A stretch of DNA of 64,000 nucleotides from Chrysemys picta bellii (Eukaryota), in NCBI RefSeq assembly GCF_011386835.1, contig NC_088807.1, positions 24,428,001 to 24,492,000 of the forward strand, given 5' to 3'. Below, in pieces: positions 47,679 through 60,441 of the stretch. Position numbers and translations under genes: made by a program. Positions within the stretch are counted from its first letter, which is position 1. Each line of letters begins with the position of its first letter. The notes under the pieces are model-generated. The model had not been told where the DNA came from. It saw only the letters and a program-made list of their open reading frames with translations, and did not search any database.

Positions 47679-49186
47679 ATGTCTTCTGAAGAAGGAAAAC
47701 TCTTCGTTGGGGGTCTGAATTTCGAGACCGACGAACAAGGCCTGGAGCAGCATTTTGGCTCTTTCGGCCCCATCTCTGAGGGTAAGGATTCGGTTACGCC
47801 CATGCTCCTGGTCCCTACAGCTGTGAGGAGAATTGGTCTTGCTGGAGCATTTGAGGGGGTCATGTACCCAGGACCTAGTTGCAGGGCGTGCTTAGGCCTC
47901 TGCTTCCAAAAAAAAGCTGTTTTGTTCTAATCCTTGATCCCAGCTGCCTAAGTAAGAGTTGTCCAGATCTGGGTGTAAGAGGTCATCTGCTGATATCACA
48001 TGGCAGGTTCAGATATCCCAGCACCTGACCACAACGTCTGTACTACGCAAGGATAATCTGTAGCCCCAGGGCAATTCCTATTGCCTAGGCTCAAAGGGTG
48101 AGGACCAAAAAGTGATTGATTTCTTCTCCTTCCAGTGGTCGTAATTAAAGACAAAGAGACCCAGAGGTCCAGAGGCTTTGGCTTCATCACCTTTGCCAAC
48201 CCGGAACATGCGTCAGATGCCATGAGGGCAATGAATGGAGAGGTGAGTCTTTCCACAGGGACGGGGGATGCTGCTTACCCCGCTCCCCCTGTTTGCCTAG
48301 CTCCCCCTTTCCTAACGTGTATTGTTCCTCTGCAGTCCGTGGATGGGCGTCAGATCAGAGTTGACCATGCTGGGAAATCTTCCCGTGGATCCAGAGGTGG
48401 CTCATTCGGAGGCAGAGGCCGAGGCCGCGGCTACTCCAGAGGTGAGTCTAGCAGCCCTCCTGTTCTGAGCTGAAAGCCAGTCGGCCCTTGGGAGGAAAAG
48501 CACTCATGTCTTTCTGTCCTTTTCTCTGCAGGAGGTGGAGACAGAAGCTACGGTGGCGGCCGCTATGACAACCGAAGTGGAGGCTATGGCGGGTCCCGGG
48601 ACTACGGCGGCAGGTAACTCATGCAGAGGTGGCTGGTACCCTGCTGGCGGGGAACTAGAGAGGGCCCAGGCAGAGCTACCAGAATGATTAGCAAACTTGC
48701 TTAGTAAGACTCCAGGAGCTCTGTCTATGCAGTTTAACAGAGAATGTTAAGGGGTGACTTGATTGAAGCCTAAGTACCTACATAGGGATCAACACTTCGA
48801 TATTGGGTGTCCTCTGCCCAGTTGAAGAGGTCTAACGTGATCCAAGCACTGGAAGTTGAAGCTAGATAAATTCTAGAAATAAGGCACCTGGTTTGTAAGT
48901 GAGGGATGTTATCTACTGGAATTGAGTGAGGGCTGTGGGGGATTCTCCATCACTGCTACATTGAACTCAAAATTGGGTGTTTTTTTAAAAGATCTTGAGT
49001 TCTTGATTAATCTAATCTTGGCTGGCCTGTCTTATGGGTCAGATTAGATCAGTGTTCCCATTGCCCCTAGACATGAGGGCATCTGGAGCCAGTGTAAAAC
49101 AGTTGTGCTTTGCTTTCAGAAGTCAGGGAGGATATAACGACCGCTACTCCTCTGGAGGCTCTTACAGAGACAACTATGACAACTAA
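47679..49186 (+). CDS. RBM3: RNA-binding protein 3 (cold-inducible RRM + RGG), 154 aa
   Basis: Coding exons 47679-47781, 48136-48242, 48336-48441, 48532-48613 and 49120-49186. Protein: [85 protein letters not shown]...YRDNYDN*. The 103/107/106-nt exon sizes match RBM3. 3' UTR exon starts at 49591, ATTAAA at 50251. Confidence 0.95.
48720..49040 (+). mobile_element. Degraded CR1 fragment in RBM3 intron 5
   Basis: AGGGGTGACTTGATTGAAG...TGGAAGTTGAAGCTAGATAAATTC...GATTCTCCATCACT pattern. Confidence 0.7.
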
Positions 49187-49590
49187 GGTAGGTGAAGCCC
49201 AGAGAATGAAATACAGCACTTCTCTTGCTTAGCAGGTGTACTTAAAACCTTTGCAACGCACCATCTTGTGCTGAGCAGTGGCCATACTCGAGGCTTATTA
49301 TCTGGGACGACTCTTTATCCGCCTTAACAAGCCTATCCGAGTCTTATTGCCAGGCCTTGGTTCCGTGACCCTGGTCGATAGCTAACATTAAATGCATGTG
49401 GAGGCTTAGAATTCCATTTAACACCAATGACCGCCATCGAGCGTCCAAGTGACTAGCTAACTGGGGGAGGGGGAGTCCTGGAGATTCCTAGCCTCGCTGA
49501 GCCCAAAAAAAGTCTAGGAGTTGGTGAAATGCTACAAACATGTCCGTATGCTACAGTGCCTTTACGATTGTACCTACTTCTTGTCCTCAG

Positions 49591-50275
49591 CTCGCAACGA
49601 GTAAAAACCCTTCCTGACTCAAGATCGTCCTTCCAATGGCCGTATTTATAAAGAGTTTTGGAGCTTCGCTGAATCTTATTGTTTAGTTATCTACCTGTAT
49701 CTTCCCTTTTGTAGTCTTGTCACACGCAGCCTGACAGCTTCTGCTACGAGATGGCCCGTTGAGACTTTCCTCAAGAAAGCTCTGTTTAGTTTTGAGTGTT
49801 TTTTTAAAAGCATTTTTGAAATCTGGTTTATTTTTCTCCTTTTGATTTGTCAACAACCCAAGGTTTCTTTTAAATTGCCAAGACGGGGCCCTGAACTCAC
49901 TTTAACACATTGTTCCCGCAAGCTGGAGTTTCTAAGACAAGTGCAATGATACCTTGGAGTTCTGTTCCTTTAGTGTATAGCAAGGGAGGGGTGAAATGCG
50001 CGGCAGCCTTTGGTATATCTAAAGGGACACAAGTGACTCGTAAGTTCGATCTGCAGAAAAAAGGTATTTTCACTGTACAATGTAACAACCCCCAGAACTA
50101 AGACTTGCAAAAACGTTCCACGAGAGGTTCTTGAAAATGTTTGTTTATATTGTCCTTTTTTTACTGGAAGAAATGCGCATAATTCCATTGGTATTGTATT
50201 TGAAGTGGTGAAGGAATTCCTGTATTCAGTTCTCTGGCTTTACGAAGCCTATTAAAAGACCGTTCTGAAACGAAC
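49591..50275 (+). other. RBM3: RBM3 terminal 3' UTR exon with conserved blocks
   Basis: Acceptor TTGTCCTCAG|CTC. Blocks shared with 61139-61800. ATTAAA at 50251. Confidence 0.8.
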
Positions 50276-53200
50276 TCTTTGCTCTCGACATTTTGACATT
50301 TCGTTACACTGCACAAGACAGACAGAGATGGGAGTGAGGTTAGGGTAGAGGAGACTGTTTCTGATCCCACTTACGCCGACCTAAATGTCACTGTATGTGG
50401 AACCAGACGGCAGCCTGGCCCTGATCTCCTGTTAGTGTAGCACAAACATTAAACCCCATCATCCTCTCTGTCTGCCTTGTTGAGCAGCCGAAAATATCGA
50501 AAGGGGTTTGCAGTCTAATTCTGCTTCTGAAGCTTTGCGGCCACATCAAGGACAAATTCCTGGCTAAACCGGCAAGGATTCTCCAATCTGGCTCCAAAAA
50601 TTAGCCTTTAAACCAGCACCGGTTTCCATGACTCCTTGGGTGCTCCCTGCAGCGTCTTGCAATCCAAACGCTGCCGTCTTGTGCTGCCGCATGAGCCGCA
50701 AAGTGAAAGTGCTTGACCCTAAGCTGGAAGCTCTAGCAAGTGGATTTGGTGGTGGAGGTGATTTTTAGGAAAGCCGTCTTTTGGTTTCCTTAGAAACCAA
50801 AGCAAGACGCAGCTGGCTGTCCAGTGATGCCGGAGGATCTAGGATTGTCTAGGCTGCTCAGTTCCTAAACAGCACGAATCCCTAACTGAAGTCGCTTCAA
50901 CTTCAGCCGGCAAGTCACATCTGCCACTAATGCCCTCCGTTCTTGGTGGCAGTGGCAACAGACGTTGGAAAAGGGACAGTGACTTAAACCACTGAATCTC
51001 CTGGAGCTGGCGCCTATGCCACAGGGGTACGGCCGCCCCTCGCTCTGTGCTGGGAGGGTGTATTTACTCGCCCTTCCCAGGGTGTGTGGGAAGCCAACCT
51101 GGAGTGCGTGGCCGAGATTACATCCAGCAGCTTCATCCATAGCTGATGAACCTGGGAGGTGTCTTCCCAGCCCACAGCAGCAGGATGGTGTCAAATCATC
51201 CCGTTAGCGTGCCCCCCACCTCGGGGGGGTGTCTCGTCCCTCCGTTCTCCTTTTAATGCTTCAATCTGTCAGCCGAGCGGTCAAGAGGCGCTGCTCTTTG
51301 GACCCGGTTAGCACAGAGCTAGGGTCAGACACGGCCAGCCGGTGTCAGAGGGGTCGGTGGGCCTGTTGTAGTTAGCCTTGTCCTGATCTTACCCGCTGTG
51401 AGCATTCTCTGCTAGCGTATGGAAACCAGTGTCCTTCGAGACCCCGAAGTGAGTTGTGACTCTCCTTCAGTGCGATCCGTGTGAGACGAAAGCTGCTCTC
51501 TTGCCTAGTTCATATGTGGATATAGTCCTGTAATTCGAGGTAACTCTTTTGCTCGTGTCCGCATCTTCTCTCCTCCACAGCTCGTTCCCTAGGGCTAACG
51601 CTGGTTGTTTTTTTTTGATTGATTCTTTTTGGGGGCCTGTCTGAGCTGGGCCTGACCCCTACTGCTGTGGGAGTGGGGGGAGGCAGTCTGGCCTGTACCG
51701 AACACCCAGCCTCCCCCTCGCCATCACTGCCGTTCGGTCCAAGATTTTAATCCATGCCTTGTGCAGCCCTTGGACTCGTCTGCTGGGAGGGGCTGTTCCC
51801 AGTGCAGCGGGGGGGTGGAGGGGACTCCGGTGCCTCTGGACCTGCCAGGTTAAATTGCTCTGCGCCGGTGACGAATAGACACCTTTTGGGTGGGGTTCTC
51901 AAAACGTGGGGTTGGGTGGAGCCTCCGTAGCGACTGACACTCCAGGGCTGGCCAATGGGCGGCATCGGCCAGCCCTGGAGTAGCCCGCTCAGACCGCCGG
52001 GTTCAGCGAATTGTTTGTGTAACGTGCTGGGTGAGTTGAGACTGGCTAGTAACACGGCTTTGCTTTGGCAGGTGCAAGAGGATGGCGCCAGCTGCTCTAC
52101 CCTGAAAGGAAGGGATACGGAGACTAGAACGGACAGTTCGGCCCAAGGTACGGATCCTGGCCACATCCCATGGCAAAGGGCATAAATCCGCTTGGCTACG
52201 AAGCAGTGGTGGGCCCATAGCCCATTGGGCCGGGGTGGGAGCGGATGGAGGGGGGGTGGACACAGTTAACAGCTTAGCCCTGATCTTGGAAAGAATCGCC
52301 TGCCAGACCCTCCTGAAGCATAAACCTGTGGGTCGGCACGCACAGGAGTTTGCCACAAGGGCACCCACATGCCTGAGCTGGACGGGCCCGATGACTGCTG
52401 TGGGGAGAGCCGGGCACTGCTGAGCCCGTTAGCCAGCGAGGGCACAAACGAGCAAATCCTTCCTTGGCCAGGGTCCTTTTTAGTGTAACAATAAAGACTA
52501 CTGGACCCAGTGTCCGTGGTGAGCCTTGTCTGGGCAGCGGGAACAGCTGGGTGTGGCGCTCAGCAGACCGGGAGGGAGGGTTTGGGGGGGATGACTCCCT
52601 TTGTACCCCTGCGTTGGGGGGCCAATCTGGAACCAGCCTGGAAGAGGAGCGGGTGCGGCGGGTTAGCAGTGTCAGGTCACGGTCTTGTCCACACTGCTGA
52701 GTGGAGTTAAGGCCTGGGGAGGGGGTGACAGCCCCGCAGCCTGAAAAGGGAAGGTGGCTGGCGGCCTGGGGCTGCACGCTCCTGTTTGTGTCTCAGGAGC
52801 TCCGGCTGCTGGGCCGAGTAGATGCCCAGGAAAGTACCTTCTTTAGCTGCTCAGAGCTCGGCGGCTTCCTTCCTGTTACAGCAGCCGCCCTCCGGCGGGG
52901 GAGGAAGCAGGCTCCTGTCAGAGGCCCAAGAGCTAAGCTCTAGGGGACGACAGCCGGTGCTGGCTTCTCACCAGAGCCGGCAGGCACCTGCTTTGCCTCC
53001 GGTCTCTTCGTACTGCCCCTGCACCGGCGGGGCTCACACGACTGCTGCCTCGGCACCAGGGCTGGGGGAGCCGTGGCTGCAAGGGGGCAAGCAGCGAGGG
53101 CTGGCTGCGGCCCAAGGCCTGTGGGCCCTGGCAGGGACGGGCCGAGCACTGTCTCCACTCCCTGCCCCGGTATCAGCTCCTGGGCGGCCGCCGAGTGTTT

Positions 53201-54599
53201 TCCTGGCCTCGGCCGCAGCCTTTAGCCGAGATGTCAAGGCTGGAAGGCACCAGGGCCCTGCCCATCCCTGTCCCTCGCTGCTGCTCCTGGAGCCAGCTTG
53301 CCTCAGACTGGCCCCTCCCCTGTGCTGAGTGCTGCCCCAGGGTGTGGGGCTGGCTGGCGGGAGGCGTTCGCTTCCCTTTCAGCCTGCTTCCTCATTCGTG
53401 TGTTTGCCCGTGACCGTCTCCCCCGCCATGGGGTGAGGCCTGGCCCTACCCTCTGCTTACAAACCTACTCTCCCAGCCCCTGCATCGGTACAGTGCGAGG
53501 GCTGGGGAGAGACCCTACAATAACACAGCGGCAGGGGCCCTCCTGTAGCCAATGCTGCTGCATGGTGGAAAGTGTGGGCCGAACTCGGCCTGCTTTGTAA
53601 AGCGAGGGGCAGCTGGGGCCTGTGGGTGATGAGTGGGTGCTCACCTAGGGATGGTTGGGGGGAGCAGGCCCAGCCATGCACCAGAGCGAAGGGCCCCCCC
53701 CCCAAGCCGCTCCCTTCAGCCTAGGACAAACCAGCTTTGCCCCCAACTTGTCCCCCTCTCCTCAGCCAGCATTGGGGGTGCCCCAAACCTCTTGGCCCGG
53801 TCAGGAGAGCGGCGGCTCCATGGTTGAACACCTGCCTGATTTGAGCTGGATCTCTGGGCTGGCTGGCTTCCGGCGGGGGGAGCTCCCAGCAAGGAGCCTT
53901 ACCCAGGCTGCCAGCTGGGGGCCTGGCCCAGCGTCACAGGCTGGCTGCTCCACTGGCTAGTGGAGGCCCTGGGCAGTGGGGCAGTCCCCCGAGGGGTCAC
54001 ACTCTGCCTGCTGGGCCGGCCATGTGCTCTGCACCCCTCCTGGTGTGGCCGGAGCCAGACACTGGGTAGAGGCAGGTACCTGCTGCTGGGGGCCATGTGC
54101 CAGCCTGGCCACGCCTGCTCATGGTGTTACCGAGCCCCTTGCCAAGCCATCCACAGCACCCCAGGTGGGGCTGTAGCACCCCCATGTGGCACCTGCCCTC
54201 CCCAGGAGACCTCGCCTGTCCCCTCTAGGACAAAGTACAGTGGGAAGGCAAGGCAAGGCCTCCTCCCCATCTCAGAGCACGGCTCCATGGGGGGGACAGA
54301 GACTAGTGGGGGGCTGGTTCTCACCCCTCATTTCTGCCTTCCCCCCTCCCAGCTCTCACTGTGTAGAGCCTAGGGGGCGAGGCTGGGTCTCACCCCAAAC
54401 AACACACGCACACCCCTGGTGCCTAGAGCCCTGGGGGGGCTGGTTCACACGTGCTCAGGGTTTGGGGCCCATGGTTATGGGGGGCTGGTTCTCACCTCTG
54501 CCCCCCAGCTCAGGGCCATGGGGGGAGTGGCTGGTTCTCACCCCTACCCCCCCCCCCCCCCCCCCAGCTCTCAGGGCCTGGGGCCTATGGCCCTGGGGG

Positions 54600-55277
54600 G
54601 GATTTGAAATGGGCGTGGCTTTTTTCTTTTTGCCCCGCCCCCTCCCGACAATCCGGAGTCCAGTCTTCAGGCCTGGCCCCTGGCTGGGTCGGTGGTCTCG
54701 CTCACCGCCGGCCAATCAGGGTTCCTGGCGGGGAAGGGGCGTGGCCTTGTTTCCGTCCGTCACTCCGTGCCTGCCAATCAGCGTTCCTGTCACGTAGAGG
54801 GCGTGGCCCTAGCCTGGTCCCAGCTCCGGCCATTCCAGCCAATCAGCGTTCCCGGCAGTAAGGCGGCTTCTCCACTAGCCAGTCAGGGCTTCAAGCTGTG
54901 AGGGGTCGTGGCCCTGCCGCTGTCTGTCTCTGTGCCAGCCAATCAGGCTGCCAGGGGGCGTGGCCTAATTATGTCCCTGGCTGTTTCTTACTCAGCCAAT
55001 CAACGGTCCCTGCGTTATGCGGGGGCGACCCTGCTAACCAATCAGGGCCCCGGCCCGCGAGGGGGGCGTGGCTCTTGTTTCGCTGACCAATAGGCGGCGC
55101 GCTCCTAGGACGTGACCGTTGAGGGGGGCGCGCTCCGCCCCCCCTCAGCTTCCGGCCGCCAATCAGCGCTCGGTGGCGGGAAGGGGTGTGGCCTGCGTAG
55201 CCTCGCTCTCATTCTCGCTTCTCCCGCCGACCTCGAGGCAGCAGCAGCTCCGCCGCGCTCCGCTCCGACCCATCCCG
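54600..55277 (+). promoter_or_regulatory. TATA-less promoter with 8 CCAAT boxes alternating with GC boxes, and non-coding exon 1 of the CIRBP-like gene
   Basis: CCAAT at 54712, 54774, 54839, 54939, 54996, 55038, 55087 and 55159, interleaved with GGGCGTGGC-type boxes. Donor CG|GTGAGC at 55277. Confidence 0.75.
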
Positions 55278-56994
55278 GTGAGCGCCGCCGCCCGCCCGCC
55301 TGCTCGCGGGGCCCGTGGCGGGGAGCGGCGGGCGGGGAGCGGCGATTGGGGCGGCCTGGCTGGGGAGAGGCAAGCGGGAGGGGGGGGGGTCAAAATGGCG
55401 CCGCTCGCCGCCGCCTCGGCTGGGCCTGGGCGGCAGGGGGAAGACGCGCTGCGCAGGCTGCGCATGCGCGGCGGGCGCCGAGGTAGCGGCGCGCAGGCGC
55501 GGCCCCGCGTGTCCCTGCCCGCGGGGCGGGGCGCGGAGGTGGGCGGTGGAAGGGCCGCGGCCGCGCATGCGCCTGGGCGCGCGCGCGCGCTCGCGGCCCT
55601 GAGGAAGCCTGGGGTGGTCGCCACGTGCGGCGACCGGGCCCCACGTGCTCGCTGCCATCTTGGTGGGGCCCGGCCTCGGGGCGGGGGGGATCGCTCCCCC
55701 GCTTGGGATTGTGGGGCCACAGCGCCCCCCAGCCGGGTGGGGGCTGCCCCCCGCCCCCCATTGCGGGGTCTTGATCTCTCAGTGGGGGGGGTCCTGGGGG
55801 GCTGCATGTGAGTGGGGGGGGGATCAGCGCTAACCTGTCACCCCCCCCTCCCAAATATACAGCGAATGGGCCTTAAATCTACCTCCAGTCCTTCCTCCCG
55901 CAGCGCCCATCTTACTGGGAACATTTCTGTTGGGGGGGGGGGCTTTTTCCCACTGGCTTGCGTGGGTGTCCTTTGAAATCCATGTTTGTGAATATTTGCC
56001 GATAAAAATCCAATCTAACCTTTGGGTTACCATAGAGCCATGGGGGGGGGGTGTGCCCATGTGCAAGGCTCTGTACAAACCTACAACCAAACGATCATCC
56101 TTGCCTCAAGGATTTTCAACATCTAAGTATAAGAGGAGAGACAACAGATGGAGACAGGCAGATGGGGAATACAAGGAAACAATGAGACAATATTGATCGG
56201 CAGTGGTTTCGGCACACCAGCGGCCAGGCTGTTGAGGGTTTTGTTTTTGGGGTTAGTTTTTTTTTTTTTTTTTGTAGTTTGGGGTTTTTTTGTAGGTATC
56301 GTGGCAAAGGAGGGACTGGACAATAGATAATGGGGTAGCTCTGCAGATGTTTACAGGGAGAACTCCCAAGTGGGAGGGGATGCATGGGAGAAAGCATGAC
56401 AGGGCAAGTGGGAGATGCAGGCTGGTGCCATGGGCCGAGCAGGAATGTGCATCGAAATCAAATGAGGGCCGATGGGCCATGAAAGGGCCTAAAAAGTCGC
56501 TCGTGTCTGATGCAGTAGAGAAGGGGCAGATGGTGGAATGGGACACAGGATAACTTGGTCTGTAGCAGCTCTGAGGTCTCGTACATGCAAGAAATTCCCC
56601 CTCATCTCATTTATGATGTCACTTGCACTGAGTTTCTGGCTCTCTGAAGAGTTTTGATAGTGCCTGCCACTGGAGATGATGTGCCAGGCAAACCAGGACC
56701 TCCAGTCTGATCTACCATAGGGTGTTGCGACAGGACAACTGGCCAGGGTGGGACAACTGGTCTGATGTGGGGCAGCAGGGATGGGGTGTGGGGAGAGTAC
56801 TTGCCTGAATGGGACAATTGATCTGGGGTATAGGGCGGGGACACTGGGCTAAATATACCATTTCCTTGATCTGACACAGTTCATTTCGGAGCCTCTTTGC
56901 TAACAAGCCACAGCTGCAGCCCCGTCCTTTCCCCAGCCGCCCGCCCCTGTCCTGATTGACCAAGTGTTTGCTTCATCTGCAGGTGACTTCAGTC

Positions 56995-59900
56995 ATGGCA
57001 TCTGACGAAGGCAAGCTCTTCATCGGAGGACTCAGCTTCGACACCAATGAGCAGAACCTGGAGCAGCTGTTCTCCCCTTATGGTGACATAGCAGAAGGTA
57101 AGTTTGCCTGGCATCCAACCCCACAGCAGAAAACAACCCCCTCTCCCCTCGCTAGGAGCCCGGTGACATCCAGGACTCATGCAGCCTGCCTGTTAGCATG
57201 GGAGCTGCTTATGCATAAATGGAGGCAGGTGTTTGAGTGAAGTGCTGGGAGAGGAGAGGTTAGTGTGGCTTAAATATTTCTGTGGTTATGTTTTAACAAT
57301 GGGGCCAGATAGGAAAGTGGATTTCTTCATGGAAAGCGCCTTTTCCTTGCAGGGAAAAGTCAATGTTTTGGCTGAAAACTCAGAAGTTTTCCAGTTTGGG
57401 CCAAAAACTGGGCTTGCTTGGGCTCATTCAACCAGCCCTAGTTAACAAGAATAGAGACTTGTGGGAATCCGCTTTGCTTCTTCCGACCATAACCCGGGCT
57501 CGGACCAGCCGTGTAGTCTGAAGGTTGTGCCTGAAAGCGGCTCAAGCGAGAGCAATTGAATTGCATTGTCCCAAAGAGCACTCCACAGCTTCAACCCCAG
57601 CTCGCTTTCACGCAGTCGCATCCCGGTGCCAGCAGTGTAGTGTTAGCCCCGGCAGTCCCAGGATAGGAGAGACACAAGGTGGGCGAGGTAATATCTTTTA
57701 ATGGACCATCTTCTGTTGGGCAAAGAGACTAGCTTGCGAGTTACAGCTGTCCTGTGTAGCTGGAAAGCTTTTTTTCTCTGCCAGATATTACTTCTCACCT
57801 ACGTTGTCACACTCGTATCCTGGGACCAACCTGGTTACAGCTACATTGCAAACATTTGTAAGCGGTCAGTTACAATTGAGTCTAAGGGCCAGCCAAGAAC
57901 GGGGCCCTGCTGTGTCTGGCCAGCACAGGAGAGGGTTGAACCCGCCAGAAGAGAGATCAATCAATGGGATGGCAGCAAACACCATGGTTTTGTGGAGGGG
58001 ATCAGTGAAATGTAAATTAAAGGGGCAGGGCTGGGGGGGTGAGGCAGAGGTGAAAGATGGGAGAGGAGGGGTTGGAGCAAACAGCTGAGAGCTCTGGCTT
58101 CTCTCTGCAGTCCACCCCCTGCCCACACAGGCCACAGGGGGGTTCTCTCCTGCACTGGGCTAGGTTCGGGACAGTGCTAGGTGGGAGTGGGGGCCCCAGC
58201 TGGGTCCCATTTTACCCCCTTGCTCTCCAGCGCTGTCCCTGCTTAGGCTGTTTCTGCCCTGGCCGGCTGGAGTCTGGTGTCTCCAGCCTGTCGCCCTGAC
58301 TCGTAAAGCACTGCGCAGAGGGGGAGTCTCATCCCCTTCTTAAACCAAGGCCCCCCAGAGTCGAGCGTCGAACCCAGGAGTCCTGGCTGCCAGTCCCTGG
58401 ACTCCTCCCCCAAGCTGTCTCCCTCTGCACCTCGGATCCCTGGCGCTACAGAATGGGTTTGATGGCTCAAGGAGGCCCTCGCGGGTGGATTTGACCAGAC
58501 ACCATGGTGATGGGTGACACCAGTTGTCTCACAGTGTGGGGGGTGAAAGTGCAGGCACCCCACTATGACCCTGGCCCCCATCTGTGTGCACAGAAACCAG
58601 TGGCTTATAAGGGCTCGGAATTAATTCAGACCAAGGCAGGGTGTGAATGTGAAGCCCGGCTGCTGTTCCTAACCATTACCATGTGTGGATGGGCCCTAAA
58701 GCCCTTCCTTCCGATGAGCATGGCCGTGGGGTGCTGTCAGCAGGGTCTCTAGGGCACATCTTGGCTGCAGCTAGCCTGGGGGCAGCACCCATCTGCAAAG
58801 CTGGGCCCGTACGCTGGGCATGACTGGCGGGGTGTCCCGTGGCTCCAAGCGGGGCGGTGCCTGACTGGCTCCATGGCCTGACGGGAGGTCGGCGCCGTTG
58901 TGGGTTGTGTCCCGGGGCCCCCTGGGCGTGCTGACACCCTGCCCCTCGCTCTTCCAGTGGTGGTAGTGAAGGACCGAGAGACCCAGAGATCCAGAGGCTT
59001 CGGCTTCATCACCTACCGCCGTCCAGAGGATGCCAAGGACGCCATGAGAGCTATGAATGGGGAGGTGAGTGGGGGCCAGTCCTTCCTGCCAGCCCTGTAA
59101 GTGGGGGACCCCATAGGCAGCAGCTCAGATGCAGTAAAGGGGGCTGGGAGCTAGGCAAGCCGGCCGCCCCTGTGCCCGGGTTAAAAGCTTTTCCAAGCCC
59201 AGTCTGTGCCCCCCAGACACCCTCACTGGAGCGTGGCTCTGGAGGCAGTGCTCCTGGGTGTGCCCGTCGCCAGTCCCGCACAGCAGAGAGGCTGCGGGTC
59301 AGTAGCCCAGGCAGCGGACATGGTTGCCTGGAGCTTCGAAGACCTAGCCTGATCTCGTGTATAGCCCCAGCCATTAGATTGCCCCCAGCTGCCCGAAACT
59401 TTAGTTAGACCAAAGCATTTCAGCCCGTGGGAGGCAGCGAAGCCAAGGTACCACCAAGGGCAGGGATTTGGCAAGGTGAGATTCCCGGATGCCCCAGCAG
59501 CTCACCCGCGCCGCAGAGGAGGGTGAGAACCCCCAGGGTCCCCGTTGATCCATCCTGGGTGGGAAATTCCTTCCTGACCCCTAATCTGAGCGTGACACGG
59601 CTGCCAGGCCCACGAGAGGGGGGATTACCCCCTCGGTCACAACTGGGACCGGTGCTCTGAGTCCATGTGCTTCAGAGGAAGGCAGGTGGTGGATGGGACA
59701 CAACAGATCCGTCTGGCCTGACTCAGCAGCCGACCCGCTGCAGCCCTGAAGCATGAGGACGTCTTAGAGTCATGGTCTGCATCCCCTGCTCTGTCACAGC
59801 CCCCCGTCCCTGCTGGGCGTGCAAAGCCACTTCTAACCGCATCCTTTCCTCTCCCCAGTCTGTGGATGGGCGCCAGATCCGAGTGGACCAGGCCGGGAAA

Positions 59901-60389
59901 TCCTCCCGCGGCTCTTCAGGGGGCAGAGGCCGTGGTGGCTTCTCAAGAGGTGAGTGTCCCGCCCGACTGCGCCTATCGGTGCCGACCCCCAGGTGCCGCC
60001 AGTGTTAAACACCCCCCTTCTTTCTCCGCTGCAGGAGGCGGGGACCGAGGCTACGGTGGTGGCCGTTACGACAACCGAAGTGGAGGCTACGGCGGGTCCA
60101 GGGATTACTACGGCAGCAGGTGAGCGGGCGTGGGGGGTGCTGTGATCTGTTTTTGATAGTAGCTAGAGGATGGTTGGGGGGTGGATTTATTCAGGATGGT
60201 CTGCTTTGTAAGTAGCGACCAGCTGAGATTGGAGCCCTGTTCACTCTGCTGCCATGTGGCGTGGGCTGCCCCGTGCCCTTCACCCAGCTCATTGTGTGGC
60301 ATGTTGGGGAGAGAATCCAGTCGACTCTCCCTCCCCAGCTTCCTGTGGTCTTTGCAAGCCACCTCCGGCAGTGAGGCTGTGACCCTGGC

Positions 60390-60441
<52 letters not shown>

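Noticed and set aside
55119-55854. Arg/Ala/Gly-rich ORFs of 150-230 aa
   Set aside because: Stop-poor CpG island of the CIRBP-like exon 1 and intron 1, with no recognisable domain.
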